The notes under the pieces were generated by a model that saw only the letters and a list, made by a program, of their open reading frames with translations, was not told where the DNA came from and made no database searches. Below, piece after piece: positions 41,337 to 54,234 of a stretch of DNA of 64,000 nucleotides; position 1 is the first letter of the stretch; each line of letters opens with the position of its first letter. A program made the translations under genes and the position numbers. This stretch comes from Lingula anatina (taxonomy: Eukaryota; Animalia; Brachiopoda): NCBI GenBank assembly GCA_051362555.1, contig CM120648.1, forward strand, positions 6,320,587 to 6,384,586, written 5' to 3'.

Positions 41337-42469
41337 CTGGAAACAGAGATAAAATTCAAACTAAAAAAAAAAATAGACAACAAATTAAGCTGGCAAATAC
41401 GCAGACACTTATTGCTTATTTTCCCACATGCAGGGTGCCAGCAAAAACTGGATACCTCACAGCTGAGGACCATATTTTGTACTGACAAATGTCAAATAAA
41501 ATGAAACTGCTTTCAAAATATGTTTTAAAGTATATGCTTAAATATTTCTTTGATAAATTCTTCTTAACATGCATTTGAAAGATATGACGACCTAAAAGGC
41601 ACTTTTTTGAGGACTGAATTTCAGTGCACAACCAATTATTTGCACAACCACATACATGTACATTGCGGTGGCTCCTACTTAATATAGAGACCCATGCATG
41701 CTGTAATATACCTCTACACATAAGGGTGGCGTGACCCAACCCCCATAATGGGCATGAAAATAGTTGTGTAAATGTCCTCTTTCATGTCTATTTTGCATAA
41801 AAAGTAAAACAAAAGGCTCCATCACACACACCCTAGTTTTGTTACTTATGACCTAATCTTCCACACCAGCACTATTCATAACAGCTTTGCAGAGTTTTTT
41901 TTCTTCTTTTTTTCACCAAAATGCTATGAATGGCTTTATTTGTCAAGGAAATCAGTGAAAACCTATTGACTTGGTAAATAGTCCATACAAGAGACCACCA
42001 GCCTATAATGATTACCTGAAGTTTACCAGATAAAGCAAGCTAGCCAATATAAAAATACAATTATTTAGACCAACAAATGCTGGTCTGTGAGAAAAGTTAT
42101 ATAAAATTAATAAATACGCTGAAACAAGTTTTTCTAGTAACAAGACTTTTATACAGTTAAGTGAAATCAGTGATGGCTTCTGTGAGAAAATACCGTAATA
42201 TACCACCCCTCCCTCTCTTCTCTAGGATAAAAAAAAAAACAATAATTACTTTCCCATTTACTTGTGCCACACCACAATTATTTAACATATAACTCTTTTT
42301 TTACATCACAAGACAAGTTTCATTAGAAAAACATTGTTTATGTAATATAAATGCTGAAACAAGTTGCTCTGATTCATTACTCTGCATACAACAGGTAAAT
42401 CCGGCTACCCCCCCCCCCCCCCCCACATATAACTCATTAAAATACTAAGTTACGATGCCTCAAACCAAA

Positions 42470-44832
42470 CTAGAGGATCAGAGAGGCGATACCGCCTCCG
42501 AATATTGTACCACCAGCTGGAGCAAGCGCATTCGTATAGACCCCCACATACACAAAAGAAGGGACACAGCCACCAGTCTTATGCTTGACAAGCTGTAAAA
42601 ATGCAATCAACAAGAATTTTCAAAATAAGCAAAAAATATATATAACTTAAAATGGTACAATCAAAGTTAAGTTCATCGTAAGGTAGGTCAAAGGTCAATT
42701 TCAAGGTCACAGTAAATTGCCAGTATATGACTTCCTATTCAACTTTAATGGTAACTATGGACCTATCTCTGCCAGGTTTGGAGTTAAAAGAGAAAGAAAT
42801 TTGCAAAGTTCAGTTCATAGTGAAAAGTAGGTCAAAGGTCAATTTCAAGGTCACATTTAGATTGCCAGTATATGACTTTCCATGCAAGTTCAATAGAAAC
42901 TATGGACCTATCTCTGCCAGTTTTGGAGATAAAAGGGAACCAAAATTTGCAAAGTTCAATTCATGATAAAAAGTAGGTCAAAGGTCAATTTCAAGGTCAC
43001 ACTTAGATTGCCAGTATATGACTTTCCATGCAAGTTCAATAGAAACTATGGACCTATCTCTGACTTCCTATTCAAGTTCAATAGTAACTATGGACCTATC
43101 TCTGCCAGTTTTGGAGATAAAAGGGAAGAAAAATATGCGAAGTTCAGTTCATGGTGAAAAGTAGGTCAAAGGTCAATTTCAAGGTCACAGTAAAATTGCC
43201 AGTATATGACTTCCTATTCAAGTTCAATAGTAACTATGGACCTATCTCTGCCAGTTTTGGAGATATAAGGGACTAAATGTTTTAATTTTGGAGTTACCAT
43301 AATGTGCCATAAATTTCCTACAGAAAAAATTAATTAAAATAAAGAAAAGGTCACTTTGGTCAAAATTCTTGAAATAAGAGGTGCTCTGAAGTTCCAGATG
43401 TTCAAATTTGATGAAATAATATCATTTTTGACCACAAGTTGTCTGCTTTGCCAAGCCTTATGTTTTATTTTTCTGGAGTTCAAAATTTATTATCCATACC
43501 AGTACTGCACATTTTGCTTTCACCACCAATATGTGCCAGTATATGACTTCCTAATCAAGTTCAATAAAAACTATGGACCTATCTCTGCCAGTTTTGGAGA
43601 TAAAAGGGAAGCAAAATTTGCAAAGTTCAGTTCATGGTGAAAAGTAGGTCAAAGGTCAATTTCAAGGTCACAGTAAGATTGCCAGTATATGACTTCCTAT
43701 TCAAGTTCAATAGTAATTATGGACCTATCTCTGCCAGTTTTGGAGATAAAAGGGAACCAAAATTTGCAAAGTTCAGTTCATGATAAAAAGTAGGTCAAAG
43801 GTCAATTTCAAGGTCAAATTTAGATTGCCAGTATATGACTTCCTATTCAACTTCAATAGTAACTATGGACCTATCTCTGCCAGGTTTGGAGTTAAAAGAG
43901 AAAGAAAATATAAGGACCAGAAAACTTGCAAAGTGAAGTTCATCATGAAAAGTAGGTCAAAGGTCAATATCAAGGTCACAGTTAGATTGCTAGTTAATGA
44001 CTTCCTATTCAAATTCTATGGGCGTATCTCTGCTAATTTTGGGAGTATTTATTCATTTTATGTTAACTACTGAATATTGCATTGTTGTACTATTTAATAA
44101 AGTGCAACTCCTAAACCGTATGGAAAATAAGAAAATGGACACCACCTTTAGTATTGTGCTTGACAAGCTGTACTTCATGCAAAAAACAAGACGTCTCTAG
44201 TGTAAACAGTTCCACAATTACAGAGTTTTTAGTTTCGGCATCAAATGACTGCTTCTCCCGTGAAAATGCACCGATTGACCCCAAACCCACGAAGATGAAA
44301 GGAGTCCCTCAATAGTAGCCCTCACTGTAATATGAAAGCTTAGGTCTGTGTAGTTTCTGAAAATTGGCACAAACAATTCTTTTTTTGCAGAAAATTCCCA
44401 TTTTTAGAAAATTTTGGCCTGTTTGACCTTGAAATAAAGGTCAAATGTCAAATCCAAGGGCATATTTGGAAACTCCATATATGACTTTTGGTCAGACCTC
44501 TATAGTAACTTTTTCCAAAATTCCTTCAGTTTGGGAGATATTTAGCATCAAATTTTCAAAAATTTTGACAAGGGTGCATTTCAGTGAGCATCACACCCAG
44601 ACCAATGCACCAACTGAGACAAAAATACCAGGGGGTTCAAGTTGAGATTATATGTGACCTAAATCCAAGAGATGGGGACACAGGTCCTTGCGGTCTAGGA
44701 GGAGAAGCGGTAACGGTGACTTGTTTCCGGCGCCTGACTGCGGAGCCGGCGGAGCCGCAGGAGCCGACGGAGCTGTACGAGACGGGCCGGGACTAAAACC
44801 ATGAGTACCGCCAGCGTATACGCTGGTGGTAC
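42470..44832 (-). mobile_element. Helentron-type element family A, chimeric with two satellite blocks
   Basis: Same termini. The unique arm breaks at about 43533 and re-enters the satellite. Confidence 0.85.
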
Positions 44833-45278
44833 TAATAATATTTTTCCATGCAACAAATAAATGCATAAACTTTATAAAAGCAAATTATTTTTAAATTTTG
44901 ACGATGGGCACTTTGACAATGGTTATTCGCACTCATCCTTTAGAGTAAAATAAAAATATAGTTTGGCAGTTATGGAACAAACGTGATATGTGTCACTAAA
45001 ATTGTGGAAAAAAACTTTTGAAAGCAATTTACCTGCCTCCCTACCAAACAAAGACACTAAGTAAATATTAAGTAAAACAAAATAAGGTTTATCAGTTACA
45101 GGGTGACTGTCATATGTTGTACAGTGACTCCAAAAGCGACAGCGACAACACAGACAGACTAATCAGTAATATATACAGACACTTACACATAATTAAAGAA
45201 ACACATTTTTGTTATAGCTTCCTTCAGGCCTGTTTCCCCCTCCCCCATCCCTCTTCCCCCAGATCTATGTCTACTCAC

Positions 45279-45388
45279 TACTGTCATCATGGAGAGGAGG
45301 TCCTCTTTGTGGGCATACTCATATAACACCGTACATAATTCCTGGATGAACCAACTCCCGCGCTCTGAGTTCCTCCATGACACAAAGC
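45279..45388 (-). CDS. Caspase small-subunit exon (SWR / GSWFI)
   Basis: TTTTTTCTACAG acceptor and GTA|GTGAGT donor. Encodes GFVSWRNSERGSWFIQELCTVLYEYAHKEDLLSMMTV; phase 1 to 0. Confidence 0.93.
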
Positions 45389-45634
45389 CTGTAGAAAAAA
45401 AATATTAAAACAATTGCTCTTTGAGATGCAGAAATCAACTTTACACATGTGTGAAATGAAACATTGATAATATTATTCTTAGTATTTTTTCTGTAAAAAT
45501 AAATTATTGAGGTAAATTAATATAAACAGAATTGAGAGAACAGTTTCATTAGCTCTGTATGTATAAATTCGAATTATTGTTTTTCTTTTTATCAAGAGCT
45601 TGTAAAATATGTGGGTATTACTCATTATAGTCAT

Positions 45635-45682
45635 TTACTCCCTGATGATGGTGACTGACAGTCACAGAAATATTGGAGGTAA
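45635..45682 (+). ncRNA. Minimal type I hammerhead ribozyme motif (Penelope-like element relic)
   Basis: TTACTCC-CTGATGA-TG-GTGACT-GAC-AGTCAC-A-GAAA-TATT-GGAGGTAA: both core boxes, helix II, helix I and palindromic AATATT helix III. Lies within the inverted repeat 45567-45734. One mismatch at the base of helix II. Confidence 0.7.
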
Positions 45683-45856
45683 TACCCACATATTTTACAA
45701 GCTCTTGATAAAAAGAAAAACAATAATTTGAATTAACAGAATTGTTTGAGGAATAAAAATAATAAACAAGGCAGCAAAGTTGTCAAATGTACAGACAAAA
45801 AACAGAAAATAAAGATGCAAAATAGGTCATTTTGTCAATTTTAATGCAATAATAAA

Positions 45857-47492
45857 CTAGAGGATCAGAGATATTGTACCACCAGCTGGAGTAAGCGCAT
45901 TCATATGGACCCCCATAAGGGACACCATCACCAGTCTTGTGCTTGACAAGCTCTATAAAATGCAATTAACAAGAGTTCTCAAAATATGCAAATATATATA
46001 TATATAACTAAAAATGGTACAATCAAGCAGATTTTTGAATTGACTTGCATTTTTCTACCATTGATCGCTCCTGTGATTCTCTAGACAAAAGGGCTATTGG
46101 TTTTCCTTGAAATGTGTTGTCAGTGGTGCATATATGCTGACAAAAGAGAAAACCTAGGGGCAACAATGGGCACATCTCTGCTAGTTTTGAAGATATGGGA
46201 GCAAGAAAATATGCAAAGCTCAGTTCATGGTTAAAAAGTAGGTTAAAATTCAATTTCAATATCATAGTATATGAATTTCTATTCAAGTTCAATAGTAACT
46301 ATGGACCTTTCTCTGCCAGTTTTGGAGATAAAAGGGAACAAAAATTTGCAAAGTTCAGTTCATGGTAAAAAGTAGGTCAAAGGTCAATTTTAGGGTCACA
46401 GTAAATTGCCAGTATATGACTTCCTATTCAAGTTCAATTGTAACTATGGATCTATCTCTGCCAGTTTTGGAGATAAAAGGGAATGAAAATTTGTTCATGG
46501 TGAAAAGTAGGTCAAAGATCAATTTAAAGGTCACAGTTAATTGCCTCTAATGACTTTATATTCAAATTTAATAGTAACTATGGGCGTATCTTTGCCAGTT
46601 TTGGAGATAAAAGGGTACGAATATGTGAAAAGTTCAGTTCATTGTAAAAAGTAGGTCAAAGGTCAATTTTAAGGTCACAGTAAATTGCCTCTAATTACTT
46701 TCTATTCAAATACAATAGTAACTATGGGCGTATTTTGCCAGTTTTGGAGATAAAAGGGAATGAAAATTTGCAAAGTTCAGTCCATGGTGAAAAGTAGGTC
46801 AAAGGTCAATTTAAAGGTCACAGTAAATTGCCTCTAATTACTTTCTATTCAAATACAATAGTAACTATGGGTGTATCTTTGCCAGTTTTGGAGATAAAAG
46901 TGTACGGAAATTTGCAAAGTTCAGTTCATTGTAAAAAGTAGGTTAAGGTCAATTTTAAGGTCACACTTAGATAGCCAGTATATGACTTCCTATTCAAGTT
47001 CAATAGTAACTATGGGCGTATCTCTGCCAGTTTTGGAGATAAAAGGGAACGAAAATCTGCAAAGATCAAATTATGATGAAAAGTAGGTCAAAGGTCAATT
47101 TTAAGGTCACAGTAAATTGCCAGTATATGACTTCCTATTCAAGTTCAACAGTAACTATAGACCTATATATGCCAGTTTTGAAGATAAAAGGGAACGAAAA
47201 TTTGCAAAGTTCAGTTCATTGTAAAAAGTAGGTCAAAGGTCAATTTAAAGGTCACAGTAAATTGCCAGTATATGACTTCCTATTCAAGTTCAATAGTAAC
47301 TTTGGACCTATCTCTGCCAGTTTTGGAGATAAAAGGGAACGAAAATTTGCAAAGTTCAGTTCATAGTGAAAAGTAGGTCAAAGGTCAATTTAAAGGTCAC
47401 AGTAAATTGCCTCTAATTACTTTCTATTCAAACACAATAGTAACTATGGGCGTATCTTTGCCAGTTTTGGAGATGAAAGTGTACGAAAATTT
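45857..47492 (-). mobile_element. Helentron-type element family A, truncated, nested in family B copy 45767-47606
   Basis: CTAGAGGATCAGAG terminus and about 10 monomers, flanked by the two family B termini. Confidence 0.8.
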
Positions 47493-47775
47493 CGCTTATC
47501 GTGTTTACGAATAAAGTGCATGCCAACGGCGACGGTGGCGGCGACAGCAAAGATCGACAGACGCAGATGAGGACTATATGTACAGACACATCTGTGTCTG
47601 TACATAAAAAGGTTACCTATAATGTATATACAGACTTGACATTTAAAATGGAATATTTCAGTTTTAAAGGTATACCTAGGTAAAAATGCGTTCTTTTTTT
47701 AAAAAATTCAAAATGTCATATAAGACATCTGACTGGAGAAGTGTGAAGTCAGGTGTGTCGATGCCAATTAACTTA

Positions 47776-49460
47776 ATAATAATAATAATAATAATTTATT
47801 TGCTAAAATTGCAACCTAAAGGTTGAAGTTTTACAATGTGTCTTAAAAAAAATCATAAGGTATTTAAAATTAACTAAAAATTATAAACTAAAAGACCAAA
47901 GCTTTAAAATAAGACTTACAAGACAGTTTGAATCAGTATTTTACATAAAATTTAAAAGGCTGTGTATTATAAAAGATGATTTAAAACGCTCCGTTTTCAC
48001 TTTTGGTATTAAAAATTTGTTGCTGACCCTGAGATTTCTTGGGTTCTTTTGTTTAAAAAGATGGTGAAGCTTATTAAAATTCTTAATTTTTGTAAAAAAA
48101 TTCTGAAATAGAATGTCTCTTCTCTCCCTCAGAGAGGTGAGATTACTAGCCTGTAGGGCATCCTTGTAAGTATGAAATGGGTAAATAATTCTAAGAGCTC
48201 TCCTTTGAACAGATTCTAAGCATTCACATTGTTCGGCTTTAAGACCAAGCCCCCACACAGGGCATGCATATTCTAGGACTGATCTAATTATTGATTGATA
48301 TATAACTATTAGATCCTCGGTGGCCAGATTTGCCCTTTTCAACTGCCTGAGGTAAAAAAGCTTGGCACAAGACAATAAATTAACTGCACATGTTCTGTCC
48401 ACTTGAGATCAGGGGTGAGGGTTACTCCTAGTAGCTTAAATTTACTCACTTTTTCTACAATTTCTCCATCTACCAATAGTGTTGGAATGATATCTATACA
48501 TTTGGTAAATTTAAAATCCATATAGTTTGTCTTCTTTACATTTAATTTCATATTGTTTTTTCTTACCCAATTTTCAAGTTGCTCTATTGCCTGTGGGAGT
48601 AGTGACTTTTGGCCAAACTGACAAATTTCATAAATAGATGTGTCATCTACAAATTTTATATCTGGGCAGCAGGTTTTTAGATCATTTATCATTGCTATAA
48701 ACAGGATGGGACCTAACTTTGTCTCCTGAGGTACCCCTCCATTAAGCTGGACCCAGTCAGATTTACACTGACCACATTTCACTCTCTGATATCTTTGGCA
48801 TAAAAAGGAGTAAATCCACTTCCTAATAAACTCTGGAATCCCTTGACTGCCCAGTTTTTTTATTAAGATGTTGTGGTCTATTCTGTCAAATGCCTTAGAA
48901 AAATCTAAAAATAAAACTTGTGAATAAGATTTGGTTTTAGCAGATGGTTCAAGACCTTCTAGTATTTTGTGAGTCAACTCTACTAGGGCGTGGGTAGTAG
49001 AGCTATTTTTAACTACTCCAAATTGGGACTTATCGATTTGCAGGCCACTCATCACCCATTTTGCCACAAATGACTCCAACATTTTACTCAACACTGGTGT
49101 AAGCGATATTGGTCTAAGATCAGCCTCTATCATTTTTGGTTGGTTAACTTTTGGGACAGGGATTACCTCTGCAGATTTCCAAGTGTCAGGTACATATCCC
49201 TCTCTGATAGAACTATTAAAAATTGCGCACAAGGGCTTGGACAGGAAGCCTGCAAAATCTCTGATGACCCAATTTGGAATTTGGTCAGGACCTATAGCCT
49301 TTGAGAGCTTAACATCAGAGAGAAGTTTTTTCAACATCATTTACGCTAATAGTAAACTCATCTGGTACTACATAGTTCTGTTGGACATTTTCAGCCGGTG
49401 TAAGGGGTGTCAGATTGCTACTAACACTTTGAAAAAATTCATTGATCTTTTTTACTAGAA
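47776..49460 (-). mobile_element. 5'-truncated non-LTR retrotransposon (CR1/L2-group-like RT) with (TTA)n tail
   Basis: ORF 48339..49340 has RPISLT, QFG..STTHAL, FLDFSKAFD, GVPQxTKLGP and KFVDD. Frameshifted continuation 47941..48402 (IRSVLEYACPVW, LESVQRRALRII). Trinucleotide tail at 47776-47795. Confidence 0.92.
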
Positions 49461-51385
49461 CCTGGTAACTTACTACCAAGTCTGTTGCTCTGTTGCCTTG
49501 TGTAATATGCAGTGATTTAATTGGACAGTGCTCTTTTGGGCTGGTCAAAGTTTGGTTTTGGCGAAGCATGGCTCTGTCAAAAAAGTATCCATATATCGGC
49601 AACTACTGCATAGAAGAATTTGAAATTTTGTATGCAAGCGGTCGCATTTGGGGTGCGTAATATGAGTTAAGCAGTGTTTTATAAAATTGTTAAGCTGTGC
49701 CAGAATGGCGCGAAAAGCACAGACTTGGCTAGACAGATTATTGTGTTAAATGGAATGATCTATACAGTTTTATAGAGTAATGCCCAGACTGATGTACCTA
49801 CACAAAGACCACGCCCAATGCACCGACGTCTTACCACCAGGGTACAGGACCCACTGTCATTCAGGATATGCTGCTACAATTAAACCAAAACAACCCAGTC
49901 CTTTTTAAATGAAGGGCAAATTGTCACCAAAACGCGGTTTTCGAGGCTCTTAGCGAACACCAAATTGGTTTCAGCTGGTTAAGATACCAGATGACCTCTG
50001 AGGAAGCCACTGTAAACAGCAAAGCAATATAGTCTGTTTCTTTAATGAATTGGGGACCATGACCATTTCTGGGTAGAACCCTGAAACCGCGTGGCTTTCT
50101 TTATTGGGGTCAAACTTCACCTGTACCACTAAACTGGTCAAAACAGATTTTACAGACATCCTGAAGAGGCCTACGACGAAACGTGAACCACTTCTTAAGC
50201 GACCAGGGTCATTGACAGTGTCAGTATTTTGAGTGAATACCACATTCTTGCCAAAAATGGTAGTCATCGATGAAAACCTGAACCAGATCAAATAAAGGAA
50301 TAATCTGGGAACAACTTGACTATCAATTGATAGGGGGCACCTTAGGAACAATTTTAGGTTGCACGATGAGATTGCCGGTTCATACAGAGCACTTTTAATA
50401 GCAAAAAACTTACAGAACCAAGGGAATGAGTAGCTTCCTTGGTCATCAAAATCGCCATAATTGAACCACATAGACAATATGACGGTAGGTCATTACTCGC
50501 CGTATCCATGGTCAGCATGTCCTACAACAAAACTGAGACAAATTGGACAAGTTTTAACCGTTGCCTGGAATTTTATGTCAGATTAAACTCTAAAAACCTA
50601 TCATAAGGAATACCAGCTTGAAACCTCTGGTAGCAGCAAGATGAGGTCAAGCGTAACAGCCACTGTTGCTGTGACAAGACACTGACATGGGGGGCCTTTG
50701 AGGGACGTGTTACTCTTTTAAAGACAATAATTAGGAAAATATGGAGATCCAAAATATCGCTTTCAATGGTTGTCATATGACTTTAAAAAGGCAATGTATT
50801 TTTGTATGATTCACTGGCGAATTCAGTTAATGAACTGATGTCACACTGACATCGAATAGATTATCAACAGTCATTAAGACACGGTTTAAATCCTTATTTT
50901 CATTTATCAGTCAACAAAATAGGAAAAAAAACTGATGAATTATGATTTTGGAAAAATATTCCATATTAAATGTCAAGTCTGTATATATTTTTTTGAAGAA
51001 TGATACAAGATGAAAGAATTGGGGTTAGATATTGGAGAGATCTAGAACTGAACATTCCTAGAGAATATTTAAAACAACATTATGGGTAATTTTTTTCATT
51101 ATGGGTCATGAGCATTTAGACTGACCTCAACCCCGCATGTTCAATATAGTCCATTCAAGACAATGTTTGAATGAAAAATCTCTTATGTTAAATTTATAAT
51201 TCAGCCAAACCAAATGTTAATTACATTGCCACATATATACCACTATAGCTTGCCCATGTTTTCTTCTTTCTAAAATTTTCATCCAATAAAAAAAATAATT
51301 TATACTCTGTATTTCAATGTAACATGAGCACACTGTAAAAATTCATAATTTACAGTATACATTAGCAAATCCAAAATTTCTCTAC

Positions 51386-51598
51386 CTGGCATTGTGGCAT
51401 AGGCCACCAACATGTCTACTCCTTCTGGCAGCTTCTGTGTCAAATTCTCAGTATCTCGCACATGCATTTCCTGTAGTTGCTCTAACATCATGGGGCAAAC
51501 TACATTCTGCCTGGTCCAAGTGGCTGAAACAGGCCCAGCGACTCTACCAGAGGGGTGTGTTTCTCCGTCTGTTGCTTCAAACCCAGAATTAAATTTTC
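51386..51598 (-). CDS. Caspase linker/small-subunit exon, divergent copy (EATDG, EGVDML)
   Basis: 213 nt, same acceptor and donor. Encodes KFNSGFEATDGETHPSGRVAGPVSATWTRQNVVCPMMLEQLQEMHVRDTENLTQKLPEGVDMLVAYATMP. Confidence 0.8.
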
Positions 51599-51634
51599 CT
51601 GTAGAAAATAAATATTGGTACAAGTATGTAAATA

Positions 51635-53270
51635 CATGGAACCGGAGAAGATTGATTGTGCCCGGAAGTGACGTGCAGTGGTGTTAGAAGCGAAGCTGAG
51701 TGGTCATTTTAACATAGAGGTGAACGGCAGTGAAGACGGGTTGTCGGAGGAAAAAGAATTTTTCTAAACAACATGGTAAGATAACTCTCTTTTTTTAAGC
51801 ATTTTGGGCAGAGAATACTTGTAAAAATAATAGACGCATGATATGAAAACATGACACGGAACTTGAAGGTGCAAAATTGTGCTTAATTTGCGGTCAACTT
51901 GTTTAGAAAATAAATGCTGCGTCGACCGCCAGCGCGACAAAAAGCGTAAAGGGGAAATAATTCCCGGGAGTCTATAAATCGTTGTCATGTGGAAATTTGG
52001 CATTAATATAATCCGATATGTCCATGTCTAAGTATTTTTGGGTGTTTTATGGTATGGGCTGCAATTACAACGATGTTTTAGAGGTCTTGAAGGACCTTGT
52101 GAAAACCAGGAAGTAGTTCGTAACTAACAAGTGGAATGTACCGATCTCCGACTGCTGTGCACAGCTGTGTCTTTTTTTCAATATATTGACGAATTTTTAG
52201 ATCTTTATATGTCCATCTGGCATGAAATTCCACACACATGATCACACTGATATACCTTTTACACTGGGGAAGGCGCTAATCAGTGACAAATGCCAAGACA
52301 AAGGTGACATTCTGACAGCCTCTTATCTGAGTTAAAAATCACTGACAAAAGAGAAGGGAAATCAATTTCCTCAGGCTGGCAATCATTAGCCTATAGAAAT
52401 TGGTCATGTTACATCTTATCTACCTGTGAGAATCGTTTTACCAACTGAGTATTGCATAATACTGTAATGTCAATTATTAGTACTTTGAGCTAGTCTTAAT
52501 GACCTGTCAGCTCACCTGAATTCTCTTTCCGTCTTTTTGGGAAGATCTTGTCAGTGAAATGCCAGTCGCGTACTTGTGATTTTTTAGCTCAGATAAATGG
52601 CTGTCAGAATGTCACCTTTGTCTTGGCATTCGTCACTGATTTATGCCTACCCCAGTGTAAAAGGTGTATTAGTGTGCTCATGTGTGTAGCATTTCATGTC
52701 AGATGGACATATAAAGATATAAAAATTTGTCAATATATTGAAAAAAAGATACAGCTGTGCACAGCAGTCGGAGATCGGTAAATTTCACTTGTTAGTTACG
52801 AACTACTTCCTTGTTTTCATAAGGTCCTTCAAGACCTCTAAAACTTCGTTCTAATTGCAGCCCATACCATAAAACACCCAAAAAATACTTAGATATGGAC
52901 ATATCGGATTATATTAATGCCAAATTTCCACATGGCAACGATTTACAGCCTCCCGGGAATTATTTTCCATTTACACTCTTTGTCGCAATGGCAGTCGATG
53001 CAGCATTCATTTTAAAACAAGTTGACCGCCAATTAAGCACGATTTGCACCTTCAAGTTCCGTGTCACGTTTTCATATTTTCTCTGCCCAAAATGCGTAAA
53101 GAAAAAGTGTTATCTTACCATGTTGTTTAGAAAACTTGTTTTTCCTCCGACAACCCGTCTTCACTGCCGTTCACCTCTATGTTAAAATGACCACTCAACT
53201 TCGTTTCTAACACCACTGCACGTCACTTCCGGCACAATTCTGACCAATGCTGATCTTCTCCGGTTCCCTT
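51635..53270. mobile_element. Foldback-type non-autonomous DNA transposon, about 700-bp imperfect TIRs, TA flanks
   Basis: 51635-52342 is the reverse complement of 52576-53270 (GGAACCGGAGAAGAT...ATCTTCTCCGGTTCC). TA on both sides. It interrupts the intron sequence GTATGTAAA|TTGAGTTAC seen intact in the tandem units. Confidence 0.88.
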
Positions 53271-53357
53271 TATTGAGTTACTTTTGCAGCTTTTATGAAG
53301 ATATATTGCAATTAAGGGTTATTATAATATACATCAGCAAATCCAACATTTCTCTAC

Positions 53358-53570
53358 CTGGCACTGTGGAATAGGCCACCAACATGTCTGCTTCTTCTGG
53401 CAGCTTCTGTCTCAAATTCTCAGTATTTCGGACATGCATTTCCTGTAGTTGCTCTAACATCGCTGGGCCAACTACATTCTTACTGGTTGGAGTGGCTGGA
53501 ACAGGCCCAGCATTTCTACCAGGTGGCGGTGATTCTCCGTCCATTGCTTTAAACCCAGAATTAAATTTTC
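53358..53570 (-). CDS. Caspase linker/small-subunit exon, tandem copy A (KAMDG, EEADML)
   Basis: Same splice sites. Differs from B and C by retaining the conserved Asp of the ADML motif. Confidence 0.7.
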
Positions 53571-53689
53571 CTGTAGAAAATAAATATTGGTACAAGTATG
53601 TAAATTGAGTTACTTTTGCAGCTTTTATGAAGATATATTGCAATTAAGGGTTATTATAATATACATCAGCAAATCCAACATTTCTCTAC

Positions 53690-53902
53690 CTGGCACTGTG
53701 GAATAGGCCACCAACATGGCTGCTTCTTCTGGCAGCTTCTGTCTCAAATTCTCAGTATTTCGGACATGCATTTCCTGTAGTTGCTCTAACATCGCTGGGC
53801 CAACTACATTCTTACTGGTTGGAGTGGCTGGAACAGGCCCAGCATTTCTACCAGGTGGCGGTGATTCTCCGTCCATTGCTTTAAACCCAGAATTAAATTT
53901 TC
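53690..53902 (-). CDS. Caspase linker/small-subunit exon, tandem copy B (KAMDG, EEAAML)
   Basis: Same translation and splice sites as copy C, 332 bp away. Confidence 0.7.
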
Positions 53903-54021
53903 CTGTAGAAAATAAATATTGGTACAAGTATGTAAATTGAGTTACTTTTGCAGCTTTTATGAAGATATATTGCAATTAAGGGTTATTATAATATACATCA
54001 GCAAATCCAACATTTCTCTAC

Positions 54022-54234
54022 CTGGCACTGTGGAATAGGCCACCAACATGGCTGCTTCTTCTGGCAGCTTCTGTCTCAAATTCTCAGTATTTCGGACATG
54101 CATTTCCTGTAGTTGCTCTAACATCGCTGGGCCAACTACATTCTTACTGGTTGGAGTGGCTGGAACAGGCCCAGCATTTCTACCAGGTGGCGGTGATTCT
54201 CCGTCCATTGCTTTAAACCCAGAATTAAATTTTC
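54022..54234 (-). CDS. Caspase linker/small-subunit exon, tandem copy C (KAMDG, EEAAML)
   Basis: 213 nt, TTTTCTACAG acceptor, CCAG|GTAGAG donor, phase 1-1. Ends KLPEEAAMLVAYSTVP. Confidence 0.7.

Noticed and set aside
33324-46550. Recurring ORFs such as MTSYSSSIVTMDLSLP and SRSKVNFKVTLRLPVYDF
   Set aside because: Translations of the satellite monomer. The period is not a multiple of three and stops are frequent.
50158-50190. CTGAAGA...GAAACG hammerhead-like core
   Set aside because: No convincing helix I or helix II.
49971-50477. 168-aa ORF next to the LINE
   Set aside because: No recognisable motif, non-ATG start, and no supported splice sites.
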